From assembly GCA_015680685.1 (NCBI GenBank), contig MNCI01001360.1, positions 406,716 through 470,715 of the forward strand: DNA of 64,000 nt, written 5' to 3'. The notes below the pieces were generated by a model. That model was not told the DNA's origin. It saw only the letters and a program-made list of their open reading frames with translations, and did not search any database. The position numbers and the translations under genes are program-made. This stretch comes from Gnetum montanum (taxonomy: Eukaryota; Plantae; Gnetophyta). This document shows positions 55,167-64,000 of this stretch, piece by piece (positions within the stretch are counted from its first letter, which is position 1; each line of letters begins with the position of its first letter).

Positions 55167-58100
55167 ATGGATTCCGTCACCACAGCCGTTGATACTTTCA
55201 ACGCGGAGGTACCCTTCGCAGTTCGAGGTGCCACTAGTGTCGAACAACGGCTGAATCCAATGTAGGAAACATGCTGGTCTCTCAGAATCCAAAACCGAGG
55301 ACTTGAAGGATTGGCCCAGCAACATGAGCATTACAATTTCCTTTGTGCAAAGGTGCAGGCCAGTCTGCCCTTGGATTTGCACGAACTCGAAGAAAAATGC
55401 AGCTTTGAGTTCACTTAGTGCAACGGGGAGGAGTTCGTGCCTACCCCGGGCCTTTCTCTGCCTTTGACACAAGTGTACCAGACGCTCCTAGATCAACTAA
55501 TCCAGTTGACCAGGCTTAGGGAGCAACAAGACACATCGTTCAACCAGGAGGACACCTTTCAAGATGGGCAAGAGGAACTTGATTTTCAATCTGATGAGGG
55601 AGGCCAACCCGACCCCATCCTTGTTCCTCCTACCCAGTCCTTCTGGGCCAACCCGCTGTCTATCACAACCCCCTTTGTCATTTCACCTACGCTCCAACAG
55701 CCCACCACAACAACTGCAATGGGTAGCCATACTACGTTCCCAGCGCGTCATCCCTTAGTTGCACTCGTAGCAACTATGTTGTCGCAAGCTGTTTATCAAC
55801 ACATTCCCATGGTGTGTAATACACCTGTCACGGTTACTCTGCCGCAAGCCCCTACTGTGTCCACTTCACAACCGCACATAATTGCTAGGCCAGTTCCTAC
55901 GTATATGTCAGTACCGCCCACTGTGGTGGGTCTGGGCCCATCCACGTGGTGGCCCCCTTTCGCTTCTTCCTCTGTTTCACAGCCATCACAAATGTCCCAC
56001 TACGTTCACCCTCAGGCCTACTCAACTCTGCAAGTGATACATCCTGGCGCGGGGCCATGGTCTATCTCGCCAGTAACCCAAACAACATGTTTGGCGACTC
56101 AACCCGCCACTACCATTCTGGCCATGCCATCCACCAGGTGGTGGACGATGCAAGCAGTGCCTTCAACGGCGACGGTTCCAACGGCACCCTCGTTGAGCCA
56201 AGTCACTGTCGCCACCATGCCACATGTGGGAAATGCCTCTGCAGTCCCTCAGTCGCCAACACCGAATCTAGACCAAGCGTTTCAGCTCATTCAGTCACTA
56301 ACCGAGGAAGTAAAACGCCTCAAAGCTGTTGGGTCCGATACGGTACAAGTCATGGACTTCTATTAGGATGACCCCGTCAACCCTGTAGTCCTTGCTTTAA
56401 CATTGCCACCTGGGATGTTCCTTCCACACTTCATGAAATACAACGGGGAGGGAGATCCCCATACACATGTTGTTACTTTCCAGTCAGAGTCTTTGCTATT
56501 GCAACAATGGTCGCATACAATCATTCGCGTCTTCGCCATGTCCTTAGCCGGTAAAGCTCTAGATTGGTACCGCACGTTGCCGCGTTCATCCATTTCGACC
56601 TTGGACGAACTCTTGACCCAGTTTGTGACACGCTTCAAATACAACTTGAAGCCATAAACTACATTGGATCAGCTGATGAGCGTGAAACAGGACCCGCTGG
56701 AACCAGTCCAAAAGTTCATTCAACGATGGAATGCAATCCTCAACGAAATCCGTGAGCCCATTGCAGAGGCTCACTTATTAGATGTCTTTAAGGGTGTGGT
56801 AAATGACTTCATCAAGTCCAAGCTATACTACGTCGCACCACGCTCACTAAGCCAAGCTTTCGCTTAGACGAAAAGCATACAAGACACGGCCGAGGCGAGC
56901 AAAGACCCGACCTACATCGCTTACAAGAACAGCTTTGCTAAAAAGGACAAGGGTAAGGCCCCAACAACCATGGTGGCTATTGTGGCAGCCGAGGCTAAGC
57001 CCAAACATAGCAACAGCGAGAGTAAGAATGCCAAGAAGCCGTCCATGCCTACGGTTGACTCTATGCCCAAACCGAGTCAAGTATCACAGTCTGCTGCACC
57101 CGCACTTGAGGCACCTACATATACTATACCCAACTTCGAGTGCAAAGATTGTTCGAAATACACCCCGCTGTCTCTCAAACCTTCAGAACTCCTGAAGCAG
57201 CTATTGGCAGCAGGGCACCTCCAACACAAATAGATGTCAAAAGAAGCGAATAGGAGACATCAACACTACTGCGAGCTCCTCAGGAACCCCTCTTTAGCCC
57301 TACCCAATGAGCCTCCAATTCCTAAGGGTTTCAGGCTAGATAGATTTTGCGACTACCATCAACTCTGTGGCCACACCACAGATTATTGTTTGTTGTTGCA
57401 GGATGACATCCAAAGGTTAATCGATCTGGGGAAGGTAGTGCTAGATGAAAGTAACCCAGTACGTCTTGAGAACCAACCCATGCATGTCTACACAGATCCC
57501 CTCAATGCCAGTAATGCCGGTTACGTAATCAACGCCATCGGTATTGATAATGATCCCACGCCACCCTTCCAGCCATTCGTGATTCGGGTGCCTCAACATA
57601 GCGTACCAATACCACCTATGGCTGGTCCGAGCTTGCGGCTGCCCTTCGTCTTGAAAGCCCCACCGAAGGCATCTACTTCTACACTGCCTGACGGCGAAGC
57701 CACACAACCCTATCAGTCAATGCCCCTAACCCCATTCGTTATCAGGGGAGCAACAATCCCCGTCATGTGCAACCACATTAAACAACCTCCTCATCCTATC
57801 AGGCAAGAAGCCTATTTGGTGAGTGAGGCGTTGAAGGGGAATACTGTTAAAAGTACCCCCAAGCCTATGCCTCCGCCTCTTGTAGGCACACCTTCGTCAC
57901 TGAAGATGAAGGTCGACATGACTACACAGCCTGCGTCGCACTGCCAGCAAGGATCCACACCCAGCTCCGAGGTTGTCCCTCCTCAGGAGATTTGTCTCTT
58001 GGGGCGAATCGAGGAGGAAAAGGACGCCAAATAGGTGGGTGGCCAGCATTTCTTGGACGCCCTCATTCAGGACGGGCCAGCCCTAAGGCAGAAAAATGCT

Positions 58101-58909
58101 ACGATGAGCTTATACGACCTAATCATGACATCTGCACCGCATCGTGAGGCTTTGGTCCGCATGTTGACGGCGATTCCGGTTGACGAAAACATGCCAGCAG
58201 AAGAGAAAGTGATCCACTCCATCATACTCCCCTCTGTACCCGCGGAGCCCGTGATACCTCAATTAACTTTCAGTAGCAACGCCATTAAGGAAGACCCTGA
58301 ATGGGGTTAAGTAACTATGACACCTCTCTTCATCACGATTCAGGTCGGCCAACACTGGATCCAAAGAGTACACGTCGATGATGGGGCTGCCAAAAACATC
58401 ATTTCCTTCCCTATTATAGACAAGCTAGGATTAGTTGATCAAATTAGGCCAACAACAACATCATGTTTACGATCCTTCAATGGGGCATGCGTCCTGGTAA
58501 AGGGCACAGTTCACGTAAACTTTGTAGCAGGGGACCAATTTCCCACAGACGCAACATTCGTCTTAGTTGAAGAAATGCCTAGATTTAACCTCATCTTGGG
58601 AAGATCGTGGTTAGCACAACTCAGGGCTGTTTCCTCGCCTATACACCAGGAAATCTACTATCATACGCAGGTAAGGAGGTGATAATCCATGGTGACAAGG
58701 TGGTAACACAAGCAATTAACAACGTCGGCATGGAACAGGGTTCAGAAGTTACGACCTCTGAAGACGAAGCAACTGTTCATACACGCCTTAATCACGCAAC
58801 GAAAGGGTCGGTCCGACAAGCCAACACTCGATCCGAAGATGCATGGGTCGAGTTACCCTTCCAAGTGGAGGACAGTGATACAAACAGGGGCCTTGAGGGG
58901 ATACCTTGA
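55167..58909 (+). pseudogene. Tat gag-protease polyprotein, inactivated by nonsense mutations
   Basis: One reading frame from ATG 55167 to ~58650, broken by 8 TAG/TAA stops, with one frameshift near 58650. Motifs: KYNGEGDPHTHV, LAGKALDWYRTL, knuckle CDYHQLCGHTTDYC, protease VHVDDGAAKNII...FNLILGRSWL. Confidence 0.93.
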
Positions 58910-59269
58910 CTCTATGTTCCGGTCAACCCACGTAAGGTCAAGAAGTAGCTACGCATGGCTTAGTAGCCTTACAACACCCAGTTGCCATCTTTGCATATTC
59001 ACCATTTCTAACTCATTGCGCCAACGGCCCGAAATGGCCTAAAACTAGCATTACCGCCTTTTTATTTATAATTTATTACGCAATGGCCCAGAATGGCCTA
59101 AAACTAGCATACGAGAACATAAAACCTTGCATAATGCATGGGTTAAGGCAAAACCAGCTTTCTTAAAGTACTTCATTTCGGGCAAAAATTTACGCCCATT
59201 GACAGTGTTGTAAAAGGTCCAAAAACAAAGAAAACAAAAAGAAAAACAAAATAGGGGCCCCTTGCTATC

Positions 59270-62200
59270 ATGAGGTAACCCCGTCCACGTTGCCTTCACC
59301 GTTTACCCCCTCCACATCTACCTGTGCATCACCCGCTCCTGTATTGCCACCCGTTGGCTCTTTGTCTCCTCCCGCCATGGGTCTCATGCTCCCATCAAGA
59401 GCCTGTATCCCAAAAATAGAGACATTAACTAAAAAAAATAAAAAAATGCGATAAACACTAGTTGTAGTATAGCACTAAAGTGACTAACCTGAGGGGAACC
59501 TGCGTCGGTCTCAAGAGATATTTGGTCCAGACCGAGCCTGAGGTGATGCCCAATCTCCTTTATTGAAACATCCATCCAACATCTGTCGTTGGGCTCAACA
59601 TTCACAGTAGCAACCTTCTCCCTTTTCGAGGCCGTCCACTCTAGAGGTCCCCGGGAAAGGGAGGCGGTTGTGGTCTCTCCTGTAGGAAGGTTCACCCTCA
59701 AGTCAGGGGATTTTGTGACCCTCACCTGCTCTTTAAACTTGGCATAGGCCTCAGAAGCGCCAATCGGCTTCACAAACGCTTCGTAAGAAAATGCCTTCAC
59801 AGCAACGTCTTTGTACAACCTTCGATGGGTTTCGTTTTCTAGCTTGTACGTATGCTTGTGATCCCTCTGAGTCTTCCCCCATTCGAAGACTTTAGCGCTG
59901 ATGTCTTTCATATCTTGGCACTTCTAGGCTAGCAAGTCCATCTGCATCTGCTGTTCGATTATTTCATGGGCGGACTCGACATTTTGGTAGACGACAGTCC
60001 AAAATCGAGCATAGTCGTCTATAGCCCTTTGCAAATCAACAGGGTTAGGATTGCGGTTTATGAGAAAATTGATCCTTGACCTGAGGTTCTCCACCTAAGC
60101 AACCAATTCAGCCTCTCTCTGCTCAGCCTTTTGGACCCATTTCCACAGGTCCTCGTTAGCGCGACTACACTCCCATAGAGAGCGCACCGAGTCCAAGACA
60201 CACTTATAGGCTTCGTCAAAGATGGGCGGAGACACTTTGATCACGTTAGGCGAGAGTGTGGGCACCGTGCCAATCTCCATAGGTTGCACTGGGTCCCACT
60301 TGAGCCGAGAAGCTGTTCAGCGAAGAAATAATCATATTGGCATAACATAATCAACGAGCTTGAAAGTTTCAGCAGTACAAGGATAGCTAAAGCTCCCTCC
60401 CCTTATTTACCCGCACGAGGATCTATCTGCATAAGGCGTTTGATCATGTCATCAACAAGTCCCTGGATAAACGCAAATTTGTCCGGGACTTCGGCCCACG
60501 ACTCCCTATGGGGTGGAGGGGGACCCGAAACATCAGCAATAGCACCTGTCACACGACCAAATATGTCAACAACGGCCAAAATAGACTGAGGTAAGGCACA
60601 CGAAAAGCCTAACTCACCAACATCCGGCTACAGTCTTTCTTCCCGTCGATGCAAGATGATGGCGTCAGGCTTGGTAGAAGGTCCAGCCAAGTCCATGAAA
60701 ACCTCTACCGTGTGCGCCGGCACTTTTCCTTTCAGGAGAGCAGCATCCTTTCTATTCTTGGGGGTACCTCCTCGTCGGTAGGGAGAGGCTCCCTAATGGT
60801 AAGAGTCCCTGCCCCGGAGGTAGGAGCTCCATTATGTCTGACTGGGGCCCTATCTTCCAAGGTCAGGGCCCCCACGTCTATATTTGTCACCCTCGTTCTG
60901 AGGGTTGACACTCCCTCGTCACCTTCTTCTTCGTCCTCTTCTTCTTCTGAAGATATACGTACGTCAAACCGAAACAAGCTAAATCAGAACAAACAACACG
61001 CTATGATGCACTACCTAAAGAAGCGTAGAATAGCAGACAATAGCAAAATAAACATTAAACAAAACACTCACCAATGGGAGGTTGCGTTCGCCACAACTTG
61101 AACCGCAGCCTCCATCCCTCCTCTTCATGGAGATTTTCCTGGGTCAGGGGAGGTCTCTTTCTTCGCAACCCAGCAGGCACAGTCTTGGCCATGAGACATT
61201 CGCCCTGTGCCCCGTCACCAAGTATGGCAGGGGGAGTCTCCCCTATGCTATCTTGGCTGCAAGCGCTACGCATTGTCAGATTTTTAGTCGTTACAGAAAA
61301 CGACTCCCCCACCATTTCTGGAGGGTCCTGGGCTTGCATAGTCCAGAGGACTTGATGAATCCATGGCTTAGGAATCTGGTCGCGATCCAGTTCGAACCAG
61401 ACTCCACCCTCTTGGACCACCAAGAACTCAGCGAAGCGCTTTAAACAGCCTATGTAGAAAGCGTAATGTATGTTGGAGCGGGACTTCGTTTGCTCACGGA
61501 GTCCCAAAATCTCAGCCTGCAAGCCACTACATAGAAACCTAGCCCAATTGTAACAGGCCCCCTCCTCCATGACTTCCCGCATTACCCAAGCCTGCTCGAG
61601 CCTTAGGACCTTCCCTTAGGTGAGCCGTTGAGGGAAGGCGCAGGTGCGGAAAACTGGATATACCCCCATGGCAGGACCTTCCTTGAGCTTTTCCATAGGA
61701 AAACCCTTCCGCTCCTTGGTGAGCTTCAGCCACTCCTCGATATGATGCTTCTAAAGGGTCAACTCCTCCTTGCCTTTCGACAGCACATCGGCGTCGTCAG
61801 AAGGAACGCCGAATAAATCTGCAAATAATTGGTCATCAATGTCGATGACCACCCACACACCTCGCACGTACGTATGAAAATGGCTCACCTACCCAGAGAA
61901 GGAGGCGACTAAGGAAAGCATCTCGATGGTAGGGATGCCCGGATTTGGAGCCATGAATAAGTCCATAAGCCCCGCCCTTCGGATGTTCTTGAGCAGGGGG
62001 GCCCGGAGCTCCTTGCTCCAGCTAGCTCTGACTCGCTGCCACCTCACCATACTTGAAGTAAATATTTCCCCCTTGCCTCTGGGCGGTCACCACCATCACT
62101 TCACGAGGTTTCCTCACTCCTGCACCGACAATTACGAAAATATATTTAGCAACAACAAGAACAAAAATATAAAAGAAAGAAAAGAAACTATGGAAACAAC

Positions 62201-63041
62201 CGAGCTAGCGATGCCCGCCTATTAACCTACCAGGCTTATATGGTGATGGAAATAATGGGAGTTCAACTGCCAGAACCGCCTCGAGAGTGACCTGCTTGAA
62301 AGGTTCTCTCCACTCCTTGTCCAACCAACCTTTAGTCCTAAAATGACTGTAGATAGGAGCGAGCGTGCATAGATAGGAACAATATCCTCCCCCTGCAATG
62401 ACCAATCATGCCCGCCTGCAAGCTCTTGGTAGAGGCAAACTCCCGTAAAGCTAGCTGTGTCGTGGCCAACTCACCCACCTAGTCGTGAACCCCGTCGTCG
62501 TCGAGATGGAACCTGGTAATAAGCATACGTTATCAGCACCTGGCCTAGTACGGCCAACGTACCATAACCAAGCAAAGCGAAGATGTGAAATTTACCCGCC
62601 AACGCAGTAGACGGTCCCCTATGGGTTCTGAAAGCAAATCGCTGCGTGGCGCGCAAGGTACAATGTGTTATATGGGTGATAACATTGGTATTTTGGCATA
62701 TCCCAAATCCAGGCTAAGCGCCTTAACCTTATTGAATGTTGGGCAAGCTCTCCTCCCGGCCCGCTTGTAGTAGCATCATCAGAAAGGTACCTCAGCATGC
62801 CCCAACTTGCCCCTGGCAGCATAGCTTCTATTACGCCAAACGCCTGCATCTTGTCCAAGGAGGACCAAACCATGAGGCTAAAGTGGTCGAGAAGGAATTG
62901 CAGGAAGTCTGGCGCCCCGTCCCTGAACCACACCGCTTGCTCTCCCAAACATATTGGGGGAGGGGGAACGTTGGCCATAGGTCTGCCTACGTGACATAGG
63001 ACCCCTTCAAGATCCAAAATGATCAAGTCTAGACCTTGGCC
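59270..63041 (-). pseudogene. Antisense multi-exon cargo gene: FCP1/NIF-like HAD domain, retrotransposon extra-ORF domain and helical tail
   Basis: Exons 63041-62596, 62512-62475, 62392-62231, 62119-61072, 60946-60618, 60545-60411, 60312-59489 and 59402-~59300. They are joined by GT-AG introns of 83, 82, 111, 125, 72, 98 and 86 nt. The model needs two frameshifts and several TAG/TAA read-throughs. Confidence 0.8.
62231..63041 (-). pseudogene. FCP1/SCP-homology (NLI-interacting-factor-like) HAD phosphatase domain
   Basis: IILDLEGVLCH (motif I), WFRDGAPDFLQFLLDHFSLMVWSS, LRRLAWIWD...YHPYNTLYL...QNP, and after splicing GGYCSYLCTLA. These are colinear with the plant FCP1-like consensus LDLNGLL / RP..DFL.FCF..F.VGVWSS / K.L..LW / Y...NTLLLDDSP.K...NP / GGDLRVYLEGLA. 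Confidence 0.8.
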
Positions 63042-64000
63042 CTATCTTGCACAACACAATAGGCAAATGATGACATTAAACTTGAACGCAACGCATGCGC
63101 AACGTAGCGGCGCTTATCAGGTCATAGATGTAGCGTAACATAGTTCCTTTGCCCACAAGTAGTGTAGCAAAAACACGAAGGCCTAGCGTAGCGAGAAAAT
63201 GCAAGTAGCATAGCGTAGCAGCAAAATCACTAACGAGCTACTCAAACAAAACACGCGTCACGACATTTGTCAGAATACTTGTTGGAGATTTGTCAGAAAT
63301 ACCAAGAATCATAGTAGGTCTTTATAATTATTTGAAAAGAGTATATTCTTTTTGGGTCCTGATAAATCATAGTAGGTCTTTATAATTTTCATAGTATCAG
63401 AATGTTGAAAATTTGAAATACCTCTTTCAAGCCGTGTCAGTTGTATTGGGGTTTTCAAATTTGAATATGGGTCCGTTAGCCCAAGAATCTTCCACGAAAA
63501 TGTTGTTTCCGTCAGCAAATTTACAATTTAAATATATTTATGAAAAACAAAAACTAAGATATTCCATTTTTTTAATACCTGTATTACGTACTAGCATGAC
63601 AGATCATGGGGTTCCTGGTTCCAAGTCNTTCATGGGGTTCCTGGTTCCAAGTCTTTTTAGTTGTATAAATCCAATCACAAGTTTTAGGCATGATGTTGTT
63701 AAAAGGAAATTTTTCAGGATTAGTTGTAAGGTTGAAAATTGAAAATCATCCAAAATGCTTAGATTTTTTTATTGGACTTTTTCTTCTACATTATTGATAA
63801 TATGATATTGTTGATTTTTAGATCTCACACCTCATCCTAAATTCCTAAATTCAATGAAAAAGTTTAGAAAAAGAAAGATTGTCAAATAAATAAATAATTC
63901 ATGAAAATGTAATATCTGTCCAATACATCCTATGAATCTTTAAACTCAATAAAGTTAAGATTCCTTTCATGAAGAAAATATCTACAATCTTAAATAATTT

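Larger units (their letters stand above)
52472..63265 (+). mobile_element. Young Tat-clade LTR retrotransposon: LTR-PBS-gag-protease-antisense gene; no RT/RH/INT and no 3' LTR
   Basis: Abrupt rise in GC and CpG. LTR starts TGAAACACC like the other Tat copies. PBS, gag-PR and an antisense spliced gene follow. Sequence returns to AT-rich host DNA at ~63266. Confidence 0.88.

Noticed and set aside
60649-62999. Plus-strand ORFs over the cargo gene
   Set aside because: These are shadow ORFs of GC-rich minus-strand exons; the splice signals and domain motifs are all on the minus strand.
63255-63270. Possible TSD for the young Tat element (ATTGT at 52467-52471 vs TTTGT at 63266-63270)
   Set aside because: Only a 4/5 match, with no 3' LTR or PPT. 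Treated as truncation or an assembly join.
63603-63655. Tandem duplication TCATGGGGTTCCTGGTTCCAAGTC
   Set aside because: The two copies are separated by an N, so this is likely a contig-overlap artefact.

Overview
Eukaryotic, almost certainly land-plant nuclear DNA, most like a large-genome gymnosperm or fern (inferred from the retroelement lineages and heavy CG/CHG deamination). Most of the window is nested, degenerate retroelements: Athila-like Ty3/Gypsy (1-4.6 kb and 28.0-36.3 kb), Tat-clade Ty3/Gypsy (pol remnant 9.4-20.5 kb; complete gag-PR-only copy 41082-49289; young GC-rich gag-PR-only copy 52472-~63265), a SIRE-like gag-only Ty1/Copia (12860-18501), a CRM-like chromovirus (22.3-36.5 kb), RTE LINE remnants and a solo LTR. 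Host sequence is one intronless 70-aa Cys-rich zinc-ribbon gene (36850-37062) with a perfect heat-shock element, plus the probable 5' exons of a second gene (~50.5-52.3 kb). The most striking item is in the young Tat element. Instead of RT/RNaseH/integrase it carries an antisense gene of at least 8 exons (about 1000 aa, 63041 to ~59300) with seven GT-AG introns. This gene joins an FCP1/SCP (NIF)-like HAD phosphatase domain with degenerate catalytic motifs to a plant-retrotransposon extra-ORF domain and a helical tail. All domain calls come from motif recognition by eye; no database search was run.
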